Below, piece after piece: positions 25,329 to 38,032 of a stretch of DNA of 64,000 bases. Under the pieces are notes generated by a model. That model saw only the letters and a program-made list of their open reading frames with translations, made no database searches and was not told where the DNA came from. This DNA is from Tubulanus polymorphus (taxonomy: Eukaryota; Animalia; Nemertea): contig NC_134030.1 of the NCBI RefSeq assembly GCF_964204645.1, positions 7,917,122 to 7,981,121 of the forward strand. Reading direction: 5' to 3'. Both the position numbers and the translations under genes were made by a program. How positions within the stretch are numbered: the first letter of the stretch is position 1; each line of letters opens with the position of its first letter.

Positions 25329-28300
25329 TCAACATCGATGTTCACTTTTTCCAACCTCCTCATTGTGATAATTTTCAGTGTTCATATCGTTTAATCCAAG
25401 TATATCGTTCTGTTCGTAATTCCGCGTGTATTTCTCCACCTTCATTTCAGGGTCATCTTCGGGCGCATAATAATTCTACAAATAGAAAATAGTGCAATTA
25501 TCGGTTACAAATAGAAGTCGAAGCCTGTATGTTTAAGTCAGCTACAATTACCATCGGGATCGGGAAAAACATAGTGTTATCACGAACTATCCAAGCATTG
25601 TCTATCTTCGGTACATGAATTAAATTAAGTCGATGTTCTCGAACTAGGGGTCAGGGATAACATGCCCAGTTGATGAAATGCTTGAACACGATAGCCTTAC
25701 TTAAATCCCAAGTGGGCTAAAGATAGGTTAAAACCCTGATTTTGGTTAACAACAATGGCCACTAGTCAGCCATCCCGGGGCCAGTTGCACAGTTGTGACT
25801 TAAGTCCAAAAGTGGTCTTAAGACTGTGGTCTTATGTTGTTAGATTGGCTGTAGAACTAAGTTGGTCTTAGATTGGTCGTAAGTCTAAGCCATGACTGAG
25901 CAAACAGCCTCTGATTTTTATTGGGCGAGTTTTAATTTGTGCACCAGAAGTATCTAGGATAATTACACATATCAACCAAATATCAAAACAATCCATTGAA
26001 GCGTCTCTAAACTTGTGGGTTAAAAACGGGTTATTCATATCCATTAAGGAACTAGAAGATTTATTTTATCAAATTACCTGAATATAACTGTTGCCTGCAG
26101 GATCATCTATGATAAAGTGAATACCTAAGCGTTTTCCATCAATAACCTACAAATAAACACGTGAGATATATGAGATAAACCCGTGAAAAAGTAAGATATC
26201 ATTTTAAAAGTCAATTTTACCTCATCCAGTTGATCGCAGAATTTTTGCAGCTTGCTTTTCTGGGAATTCGATTGGCTGTCACCACTACCGAGGAATGGAT
26301 TAGTTGCTCTTAACTGAAACATGATATGTAAGCACCCAATGAAAAACAACCACATTTTGAAATTTCAAACAACAAAATTTTGAAGTTTTAAACAGCAAGA
26401 AGATTTAGCTAGATTATTCTGCAAGCGCAGATGAAAGGGGAGATAAATTCAAATACTGTTCTATTGAATTTCAGAGTGATTGCATAGCACTTATAAATTC
26501 TGAAGATAACAAATTTATACCTGATTTTTCACTGCCTTCAGAAGACCTTCAATCGTTGTAAAACGTCCGCCTAACGTTCCAGAATCAGTTTCGAATTGCA
26601 GCTCGGGTATTGAGAAGCTACACGTAGCAGAATTCAACACGTCCCTGCTTAGGTCGGCCACGTCAGTCAGTTTGAGAGTGATTTTCAAGCCGTGCGGCTC
26701 AATTCCACCACCACTTTTCACCTCATTGTCACGCAATCCGCAATTATCACAATTCGTCGCCATAATGATCACGTTTTTGAAATGTGGAATATCTGCAAGG
26801 CAGAAACGTTTCACCATATGCATATTCAAAAGAACAAATGAAAACGAACATCTTCCGCCAGGGAATAAAATCTTCCTACATACATACATACATACTTGCA
26901 CATACCTAAAGTTTTCATGTTGACATCGACCACTGCCTGGCACGATGAACAGTTCGACGGAAATGTCATAACCTGTTTATAGAGAAATTTTGAACAGAAT
27001 GAACTAATCTCATGCATCGAGACATTTTACTGCATGATACATACCTCCTCTGGTACTTCTGTTTTATCATCTGTATTGGTTTTTTGTGTATCACTGACAG
27101 CTTTTTCAACATCATCTGCCTACAAGAGACAATAGTTTCATAGGGAATCACCTACATAGGGAGATTAAATGGCCAATTTTGGAGATTGGCATTTGACGCA
27201 TGTACCTGCATTCCAAGAGATATGTTTTGCACCGAGGTACGTTCATAATGGACAATAGTCAGCGAAGGATCTCGTTGAGGAGCATTTGTATTGCGAGTAA
27301 AGGAGAAATGGGTCACACTTCATCGGTATCAGAATTATTGTTCTAGATCAGGGAATCCATAATTCCATGATATTCCCAGACCCTTGGCCAAAAATTCCCT
27401 AATTAAAATCCTTTGCGTCATCTTTGTAATCTACGTGAGCCTAACATTCATCCACATGATATTTTGCTGCTGGTATGTATGTAGATAACTCAGAGGAACA
27501 GAACTGATTTTCCCAATAATTATAAACATCCATTTTTATTCAACATTGTTAATAAGTAATTGAAGTAGTAAATAGTAGTTAATAAGAAGTTGAAGTATAA
27601 TTAAGATGATCATGATTGTTTTACCCAAAAGCCTATTTTAAACGTATTAATGGCTAGTTATTAGGACATGAATCAGTTGTTGCAGTAATTGACAACATCT
27701 TCCAATATGACATTAGACCTTTACACCATAACAATAAGCATGTAGTGTAAAATCATCCAGATCTTCAAGAAAACATAAATACAGAATTCCCTGACTTGTA
27801 AGAACCCTATGGTAAAGTTATACAACTTTTTTCCAAATCGATCAAATTTGTACATTTGACACTTCATTACCTGCATTTTTAACTATGAAAAGAAAAAAAT
27901 CATGCATTATTTAGATTTCTCAGTTTCTAAAGGATATGGATTTTCTATATGACTGTTTCCACTAGGATCATTCGCTATCTGAAAATCAAAGATTTAAGTG
28001 AATAATTTTTGGAAAACAACCAGACGCATTTGATAAGGAAATAATCTGGAGTCGTGGCGTACCAGAGTAAACACGTTTTCGAGTTTTTGATAGGATTTGA
28101 CTTTGCCGATAAAATTATCAATCTTCTCAGCAGCCTCGGCATCCACTGCCTATTCAGTAAAAAAAAATACGAGGTAACAATGCAGGTCAACAGACCCTAT
28201 TCGGTGCTAGGATGAAAAGTACTGCTGATTTTTAGTAAAAATACTGATAGTTTTGTCCATGGAACATCACCCCAGTTGAGATTAAATTGGGCCCTCCATT

Positions 28301-29431
28301 CAATAGTTTACATACAATCAACATACTTTTCGAACAGGTTGATGGAATGCCAGCTCATCGCATGTTTTCTGAAGGACACCTTCAATTGTTGTCAAAGCTG
28401 AAAAACGAAATATGGAAGGTTTGTAATGTTTTAAAGGCACACCAACATTCTGAAAAATAAGTTAGATTGTCGCTCATTTCTCTTAATGGAGCTTACCTCC
28501 TTTTGATGGGGGTATAACCAATTCGAGCTCAGGGATTTCTAAAGAACAAGATCCAGTAATGACCATCTGGCGATCTAAGTCCTAGAAAACAAAAAGAAAT
28601 ACTTTCAATGACTGTCTATCCCTCTTATTATAACCCAAACTGAGTAGTTAAGCTATCAGTCATTTAGATTTGTTTTGGTCGCATCAATCAAGGTTCGATT
28701 CATGGTGGTGGCAGGTGGAAGGTTGTCTGGCCACGAAAAAACCACGAACCTGCTAAAAAATGCTCTGACTGGCACTCAGTAGATTGGAAGGATGAAAAAA
28801 AATTATCCTATTCATTACTTATCCTACCCTTAATCCTTAACCTACCCCAGTTATTGTCAACTATTGTTCATTGCCAGGATTTATTCTATTCAACGTTAAG
28901 GCCATGTTTACCTACCTGTTTCTGTGTCACTTTGAGAGTTATCTCAACACCTTTCTCCTGAATCGTAGTCGCTGGTATCAGTTCTGTGTTCGTGTAATTG
29001 CACTCTTCACATTTGAATGAGGAAACGATAACATCACGGAAAAATGGAATTCGTGTAAGCAACATGCGAGTGATTCCCTGAAATACAGTACAAGTCTAGT
29101 CAAATCCAGATCAATTTAACCTACATTCTGATATAATCCAAATGATCTTAATAGTACAATAATAGATATGAGTACATTAATGTAAGTAAGATATGATGTA
29201 TGATCTACATTTCTCATAGACTGGTTTAATTTCATTGACCTCTAATGATGCAGATTGGAACTGGTGTTAAGGCCTAAATGTTTCTATTACTGATTACAAA
29301 CTCAACCTATCAAACATTTACCACAATGAAGAACTTACTTGTTCATGACAGTTCATGCAAAGACTTTCAATCTCAGAAATTTCCGGATCATCCGCAGAAA
29401 GATCTCTCAAAACTGGCGTCGAGTATTCCAT
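25329..29431 (-). CDS. ZPR1: Zinc finger protein ZPR1, 13 coding exons, 447 aa
   Basis: Exons 29431-29339 (IESLCMNC), 29077-28916, 28581-28497, 28397-28327, 28149-28063, 27978-27938 (DPSGNS), 27287-27206, 27119-27045, 26972-26906, 26792-26521 ([18 protein letters not shown]...[10 protein letters not shown]), 26313-26221, 26146-26078 ([10 protein letters not shown]) and 25475-25329 (LGLNDM). Total 1344 nt. Confidence 0.96.
25775..25913. mobile_element. MITE of the CAGGGGCCAGTTGC family in the last ZPR1 intron
   Basis: CCGGGGCCAGTTGCACAGTTGTGACTTA ... TAAGCCATGACTGAGCAAACAGCCTCTG. Related to 31-158 and a degenerate copy at ~51604-51720. Confidence 0.7.
27288..27937 (-). other. U12-type AT-AC intron in ZPR1
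   Basis: Donor ATATCCTTT and 3' end TCCTTTACTCGCAATAC. Its removal restores HIENP/NAPQRDP; without it the frame hits TAA. Confidence 0.93.
28640..28800 (+). mobile_element. Possible tRNA-derived SINE remnant in a ZPR1 intron
   Basis: B-box-like GGTTCGATTC at ~28692, a weak A-box upstream and an A-rich end. Confidence 0.3.
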
Positions 29432-32400
29432 CTTCTTACTGAAATAAGAACAACGTTATTTTAGAATCGCCAAGCTGATTGGGAGGTTGGGCCTTTAAAT
29501 AAAAATTCATAGCTCAAATTTTTTCTCCAAGCCTAACACATTGGACAACAGTCTATAGCCAATGGGCAATGTTCCCATACAACATCCAAGCATAAGCAAG
29601 CAGCTTCTTCAATCAAGGGGGAAGGGCCAAAGTGCACAAAAGGAGCATTTTCGCAATGCCGGAAGCTTTGCAAAGTTTTAGAACGTAAGCAGGTGTTGGG
29701 CGATTCGACTTTATTCAAGGAAAAAAACCTTTAAAGAGCTTATAAACAGCGGATTTATAGAACTGTCATCATTGGCACCGCGCTGTGTGAATAATCGACC
29801 GGAGTACCATCTCTCGGCAAATCTCACCTCAAACTCGCTTGCCGGTTTTGGAGAGGTGCCACTAATATAAATAAATTGAATTGATTTGATCAAAAAGGTC
29901 GCGTGCCAGTGCGAGTTTCGAACGAATCAATTCAATTTTAATGTATTCTCGTCGCTAAAAATTCAACGAACGTGACCGAAGGAGAGTAAACAAATAATTC
30001 AACACATGGTTATATTCAACTATAAAAGTGTAGAACCACAACGGAACGAGTGACGGACCAAACGAGAAATTGAAAAATTTTTTTGAGAAGCAGCACGGCT
30101 TCGCCGGTACAATGAAGAATTCACTGAGTGCGGGGCCGCAAAAGCGTATGGCGACAGCCCAAATTCATTACGCCTAGCATTATGAATTGACTTTAAAAAG
30201 ATCATCATTTGAAAGGCTTCGAAAAAACAACGATTCTTGACGAGGTCGGCGCAAAGAGTAAGCCAGGCCGCCAATGAGAACTCAGTCGAATTTATTCACT
30301 ATTGCCGTAACTTACCTTGTCGTGATATGCATGTTGTATTTTTTCGTGTTTTAATCGCAGTAAATTCAGAAAGACTGAGACCTGCTGAAATCTCGCTCAA
30401 ATCCAAACAAATGCTTGTAGAAAGGGTATTGTGGCGTTTAGCCTTAGCCGGTATCCGCCTAGACTGGTCATGATATGGACCAATGCGTCAAACGTCTTTG
30501 ACTGCCTAAGTGCGGTGAACCAATCCTACCACAATATAATGTAATATGGCTACGATATTTTAATTAACACATATTTTTACAATATGCCCGTACTATCTGG
30601 TGATATAAAAGGCAAGGCATTGAAAGTTTTTTAGTGAAGATGTCATCGGAAATTTCAATTTTGAGCGGGATTTATTTATGATTATTTGAACATGTTTCGA
30701 AAATTTTTTGAAAATGGCTCATAGAATTGAGTTGAAACGTTAAGCTACCAGATAGTTTTTCTTTTTATTGTGGGTTTTTGTCTACTATGTTTCGATTTCT
30801 TGAAATGCAATCTAACTTTGACCTTTATAAACGCAACAGTCAACCTGGGATTACAGTACGCGCGTTTCTCTTGTGACTTTTAGGTGGGCAGTTGTGATTA
30901 ACAAATAAGACTTCAGTCGTAAATGTAAACGTTACGACTCAAATGTCAAAATAAACATCGATTTAATCCGCAAAAAGAATTATACGCAGTCAATCAAATA
31001 ATGTACGCTAATTCTTTTTCTGAATAAAGTTTACAAACTTGACGGCGATCAAAGGACCGTTTAAAACGTTTCATACGAGGGAAATTCTGGAAATCTTAAA
31101 ACGCTTCAAAAGCTGAAGAACCTTTCGAATCAAGAGATCTACTCGTCGAAACGTTCGCTCGATTGTTACTTCGTTAATCTAGAATTTAATTCTCGATAGA
31201 AATGATGAACCTCGCTAACTCGGCGAATGGCTGCGGTCGTCTTTGACAAGCGAATTATCAAACGAAAAGACTGCGCGATACGTAACTATAAAGTCGATAA
31301 CGATAAAAAAATGTTACATCACAGTGCTTCTCAAATCAACTCAATTTTCCGCTTCAATCTTACAGTTCATCGTCGCTAATCGTCAATGTGATATCAGGCA
31401 TGATAGATTCAAAGTTCAAAGTTTATTTGCTCAATATTTTACAAAAAAATTGAGCACAGGCAATATTCTATCATAGAATACGTACATATTACAAGGTGGA
31501 AAACAAGTAGTTTCGCGGGAGTTTATGTAGCCACATAAATTGATATAGATGTGATACAATCACGTTTAAAAGAAATGCGTATACATGTATTTCCTTATCA
31601 AGAGGGAAAAAGAAATGAGAGGAGTAAAGAGGAATAACATGCAATGTCAGCCTAGCCCGTGACGAATTCGGAGGGGGGGAGGGTAGTATCACAGCTGTGG
31701 CAGTTGCCAAAGCAACAACGTGAGTTTCTAAATTCGATAGTTTTTTTTTACCGTTTCATTTTGCATCAAACCACGGAATGACAGCAGCCGTTAGTGGAAG
31801 ACAAGACTTATCTGTGTAGTTTGGTTGTTTCTTTTCGTAAAATGACGTAACTGCGTTGAAGCGAATGCTGTAGCAACTAATCATAGTAAGTATCAGTATT
31901 TTCAATCAAAATTTCGAGTAACACTCCGATCACACGATGAGCTATTCTTCAACCTTTTCCGAAAATTAGAAGAATGCAGTTCTGGATGAATTAGTAATGT
32001 TGTTTTCCTGACAAGAAACATGAATTCTCGTCGTGGACAGTGCCTCGCTTCGTTACACTACGTCAACGACCGGGGGATGTGTTCAATTACCATAAACCAT
32101 TATCAAGTTCATGCTAAAAATTTCCGCAACTACCACAACTTCGTATAATGCATGATTCACGAATTCAAACGCTACGTTAGCCACGAACCGCAGCGTATTA
32201 AAAAATGAAATACACATTTTGTTATCACGAGTGAATCGCGAATCCATTATCCCGAGGCGCTCTCCAACCGCAAAACGGTTACAAAACATACTCACTCAAC
32301 ATCATTCCCCTCAGGTGGTGGAGCAAATATGACAAGAAAACCAATTCGTTTTAGCTTACGTTTTCTTTTTTTATTTCTTAATACTGTTCAAAATAAGCTT

Positions 32401-32776
32401 AGAATTCGGCGCTCAAGCTTAAAGCACGTAGAAATACACCATAAATCGTAAGCATTCCTGTCTACATTAATTTTTTAACGATAAATATTCTAGCTCAGAA
32501 AAATAAATCAATTCGTATAGATTTAAAATATTACTATTAAACTAAACAATGGCATTGAATTACCTGATATAAAAGCGCAAAAATGTGACTTCGCTTAATT
32601 TTCAACGTATCATGGCTCGGATATAGCTTTGCTTATAAAATAAATGATATGCATTGTGATAAGAAATTAATAGCTATTGTTCAAATGTCTACACCCAACT
32701 CGACTTGCAAATGGGCGTTCAAATGATAATGGATTTATAATGTAAAAATGAAATCTTAGTTCTTCCCCTTTATGAT

Positions 32777-34859
32777 CTACTGTTTGTAGTTCTCAGTCGG
32801 AGCTGGGCCAATCGTCATCCCATTGAAACCGTTTCGTTGGCACTGTAGAAAACAAATAAAATGAGTTAGACGTAGGTAATAGATGAGAAAAATTGATCGT
32901 TCATACTGAGTTTACCTCTGAACCTAACTGAAGAAGAGAATTCATTACTTGGGCCATATTACGCCCGTCGTATAAATCCACAGTTTGGAACAAACCAGTT
33001 TTTGGAACGCCATAATATTCGATGGCCTTGAGAAAGTTGTTGATGTTTTCCATCTAAGAAAGAATGATAAAAATCAATCATTGGGATTTACTAAGGTCTA
33101 CTTGATTTATGGGGCAGCATTTCGGTGAAATGTTTTCTAGTTATGAAAATCTCACTTTTGGAAAGAAACTGACCTTTTTGAAGGGCGCCTCCGACTCGTT
33201 GACTTTGATGTTGAATTTAGCCGCCTGTGGTGATAAGTTTGGTGTACCTTCGTATATACGTTTAATCAGTCTGTAGATACAAACAGAAACAAATCGTTAG
33301 ATTACATTTTTTCTATAAAGTTATATTCATTCTTTTGCCTATACTAGAAAACGTACTTGACTAAGATCTGGCCGTTTTGAAGTTGGTTTTTCACCTCCGC
33401 CATTCCGGGTTGCAACTCAACACCAATGAGCTCTTTGATCCATGCAATTATCGACTTCTCGTGTTCAGGGTCGTATTTAGAAGCCATCTAGAATTATGAG
33501 GTGGAAAATGTTTAGCCTTTGCGTTTTTGGTGCCGAGGATTTTCATGTATTTATAAAAACGAGTGAAACACATTCAAATGCACATTTTTGAATATGAATG
33601 GTTATTCATCATTGACACATGCTACATCTAACGTTGGAAGGAGAGAATAAAAAGTAATTTTCGTTTTTAGGGTCTTGAGAGAAATGTTCTGTGTTCCATA
33701 GAATGTACTAGTAAAGGTCAGTCGCTCGCGGTAGTATCTCGTTATGGCTCAATGCACTCACAGCTAAAGCTCGCAGACGAGACTGGCTTTGTGAGACAAA
33801 AATCAGAGCATTGTTTACCATATTCTCCGTTCTCCGGACGTTAGAGTAGCATAAACCATTAGTAATGGACAATTAGACTCGGTGGCTCTCGAGAACCCTT
33901 GCCATACCGTAAGGGCCATTTGCGGCGGCCAATGTCAAGGCCGACGATAAATAACTACCCATTACAGAAAGCAGCCTGCTTAATAAAATACACCGCTTGT
34001 GGTAACTACTATTTATAGATAACGAACGTCGTTAAAAAAATTGCGTGTGAATCGTTTCCATACACGAATGAAGCTAAGTTGTTGATTGCGAGGTATTTGA
34101 ATCGGTTTAAACATCCATGGACGTTGTTTCAACATGTGGAATGTTCACGCGCGTCCAGTGTGATTTTCGCTGGCAGCTGAACTCAGTCGATACCATCACG
34201 CATTGCACGGATTTGGGATCCGTCAGCTGCTCTGAGTTCGACACACATTTCAATTATTTTGTCGAAGAATTCGTGCTTTATTAGATAAGACGTGATTTGA
34301 AAGAACACTCAATTACCCGGTGCTTTTCTTCACCTAAAACACGAACAAGTTTCTACGTATGTCCCGTAATGAGCATGTTGGCACGTATTCGTTATGCATG
34401 TAATTATGTTTATGTGAAACAGAATTAACTTTCGAATTTCGTTTTATCGACATCAGTTCTAATGATCATTTCCAATTACTTTGTAAATAATTACACATTT
34501 ATCATTAAAAGACGAAAATGAAAATCAGACTAAACACTTACCCGACCATGTAAGGCATGGTCCATGCCAAAGTTGACCGTAGAGGTACGTGCCGTCGGGT
34601 CCATATTTATTTATTGAATATATGCAATCGTTTTTTAGACGAAAATGGCATCGGCGCCTTTGCAAAGTAAGTCCAAACGGTGGAGATCCGAAACCTCGAA
34701 TGTCGAGAGGTAGAGCGATGCTTTAGTTTATTTTTAGCTCGTTATGTTTGCTATGTGTTGTGATGAGGCGTTGGCGTATATAAAATGCTGACTTACCAGT
34801 CCCTGTAAAGCTTGGTCCATGCCAAAATTGGCCGTCGCCGTGCGTTTCGGGTCGGTCAT
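32777..34859 (-). CDS. Myophilin/transgelin/MP20-like calponin-homology protein, 164 aa, with two alternative first coding exons
   Basis: Exon 1a 34859-34797 or 1b 34604-34542, then 33487-33357 (MASKYDPEHEKSIIAWI...LQNGQILVK), 33270-33174, 33053-32916 (MENINNFLKAIEYYGVPKTGLFQTVDLYDGRNMAQV) and 32842-32777 (CQRNGFNGMTIGPAPTENYKQ*). Phases close. Confidence 0.93.
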
Positions 34860-37800
34860 GTTGTTCAAAAATATGCGCGTCGATGCGACGACAAAACGAC
34901 GATGAGACTGTGGGTTTATCTTCGCGAAATGAAACTAATGACGTTCTATTCTAAAGATCTATTTTAGCTGAATTGTGTGGGTTGGTTTGATAAGTGTTCA
35001 TCTACTTGATAGACGTTTAAGATCGACGCTTTTTTGATATGAACCAGACACGAAGTAAGAGGCTGTGAATGCGGCGCTTACAAGTATCTAAACTACGCAT
35101 TTTCTAGCTTGACCTCTAGGACCCGTTTAAATATATGTATTCTACGATCAACTAGCACTTTTGATAATAGTTATCACCATAAGATATAGTGTGCAAATAG
35201 CGAAAAGAAATAGAACTAATCTACATCCTGGAATACCCTTCGGGAACATGCAAGTATCAATATTTTGTTTGTGCGTCGATGTTGCGGAAATTACCGTATG
35301 AATTCCGATACATACAGACTACCGTTTTGTAAACCGGGGTTTTGTATATACTCGAGCAAAAAACCAACGATTTCACGCATAATAAAAAAGATGTGGACGC
35401 CAAGCTCACGAATTGTAGCCCCGCCTAACGTGGATCTTTTTTCGAGATATCGAAAATGCAATGGACGCTTTTTTCTGGTGCTAGCCATGCATCATTATTG
35501 CGAAATTCATATTCAGGTTTTGTGGAGCGAAGCAAGCACCTCGATTTGTTAAGTCAGTCTCACTGCTTTTGGTACCTTAGTAAAAAAGCTATGTTTACAA
35601 AAGCTCGCTGTTCAAGGTGTATTTTGTTCTCGCCTTATCTTCTTTCTCAATCTACATGCCTTGTTTCATCGTTTATCCGCGATGTGTGTATCTATCTTAG
35701 TCTGAGAATGAAGTTGTAACAATATTTTAGGGTTTGTCGGTACAAGAAAATAGCCGCCACATTCATTGTATGCGGACATTGACCTGAAAATTGTTAAACA
35801 TATTAATTTGATGCAAACAAATTATCATTAACTTTTTTTGGAACGATTTTTCAAACTTTGTTTTCTTTTTAAGCCCGGCTTATCTTTCATAATTTTTGCA
35901 TTCGTTTTTGAGTAGCTTCAGACGTGTTTTTTGTCTTGAGTGTAGGTTTGGGAATTTTATTTATCGAATGTTTGAAAAGTCCAGTGAATCACAAATAACA
36001 GCAAACTATCACCTGAGACTTAGTGGTCAGTGTAGAAGCAAATGAATCTAAGATTTAATCACCAGTAAAAGCAGGTGAATCGCTAGGTGGTAGTAGATCG
36101 GAGTTGTATCCTCTTCGTACATAAATCCCAGTGGGTTATCGCCGCAATGGGTGTTCTCAGCAAGTTCCCCGCTCAACCCTCGCCGGGATATCGGCAAGAA
36201 AACATTCCACGTTTCCATTCCTTATAGGCGTTAAATGTCTGCAACCACTAGCCAGAGTTATATTTAGACTCGTTCCTGACTGTTTGAAAAGTAAAAAAAA
36301 AATGAATCGCTTGCTTCGTGTTTTCCTTTTCGCTGTTGTTACAGTGTAGATCACTGCAATTTCTGTTAGTTAGAAGTAGACATTATCATTGTTTGCTATT
36401 GCGGTAACTGAGAAAATTAGAAATGGTGCGAAATCGCCGATTATTACCTTTGCAGTCAAGTTAAATTGCAATAAATTGCGTTTTGATTCTTTTAACTTAT
36501 CAAACATTGTCGCGATACGCGCAGTTTGAAATAACACCGATAGAACGAATGACATTTTGATTAATGCGCAAACGCGATCACGATCTGCTTTTGCTCGGCG
36601 ACACAGTCGACGGTTTACGATGACTAAGTCGGCCAGTTTGTTGTTAACGTGGCTACATGGTTCAGCGGTCTCAAATGTTCCTTAATAAGTACATATTTTT
36701 GAAAAATGATGGATATAATCATCGTTCTTCCACTGATATACATGACGTATTCGGTACGTAATTCGATAAAGATAGAAAAAAATATAGAATCCGAAATGTG
36801 CCTTGAAAATGTATTAGTTGAACACTACAACTCGAGATTTTAACCATATCCAACTTTAAGAATTTTTCGCTGATCTATTCGCATATTCCATCTACCGACA
36901 AAACCGTGCGTTAGCATTAATGATATAATCTCGTCGACATGATCGATCTAGGTATCAAAAAGGCATTAAGAATTCATTAGGAATTATTAAGTTATTTGAC
37001 GGGGAGTGCCCTAGAAGCGCGGGCACCTTCGCACCCGACCGGTGTAATAGAGAAAAATGCATACATTCCACCGATCCGATTACGAAGTTTCATCGAATTC
37101 AATCGAGACACGAGAACTCGCTGTGAGGCATCAATATTTTAATACGGTTAGTTATATCAGGAAATAGCTTATCCCAGGGCCATCGCGTCTTAAATCAACA
37201 ACTGTAGAGTAAATGACAGAGATTTTATATTATTCCGTACACAACACATACGTTACGGACAAGCAGATTCAGGGGACGTATGTGTATGTATGTATGTAGG
37301 TATGTTTACGTACAATACTTGAAAGGCAATTTTCGCCCTGTCACAAACACACAGGCAAATCTTACATGTCACTATCGTACATATAGTAGCAGTGTCTGGT
37401 AAAAGGATTACCAGGGGTGGGCCCAGGATTTCTCGAAGAAATGAAGGATTTAACGATATACATGTTTATCTCTTTATCTCTGTTTATTTCGTTCTACCTA
37501 GCTGAAAGGACATGTCAAAAGATCATCATTGATCCGATGCATAACATTTCTGAGTCGATATTTTGCTCCCCACGATGACATATTTTTCAACTAAACCTAT
37601 TTGAACTTCAGATTGGAATTTAGCCAGTAACCAGTGGAATCGGGCAGAATACATCTTCGCCCGTCATTCGAACTCACCGTTCCCCGAAGCAATGACCTCG
37701 CGACTCACTAGAGTCGTTACCAGACGACCGAATCACATCGATTGTAACAAACGACATTAGGCTTCCGTTTCCGGTTAAATGGACCAATCAGCACACACTT

Positions 37801-37863
37801 TAGTGGACTAGAAAGTATTTTCGCAACTTGACAAAATTTTTTTGCATCTTATATGACGTCATG

Positions 37864-38032
37864 TGCAGGGGCTGTTGGAAGCGAGTTCGGGAGCGATACT
37901 GGACCCATGGCAAGTGAGGATGGGCAGAATAGGGTAATCTGAAATAGCCATCCCTTCATTATGTATCTGATGAATGATTTGTATACGTTTTATTACAATT
38001 TTTCAGAAAAATAAAGTTATCTATATCTATCT
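37864..38032 (+). mobile_element. Possible 3' end of a LINE/SINE
   Basis: A GC-richer segment ends in AATAAA followed by a TATC-like tail. Confidence 0.3.
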
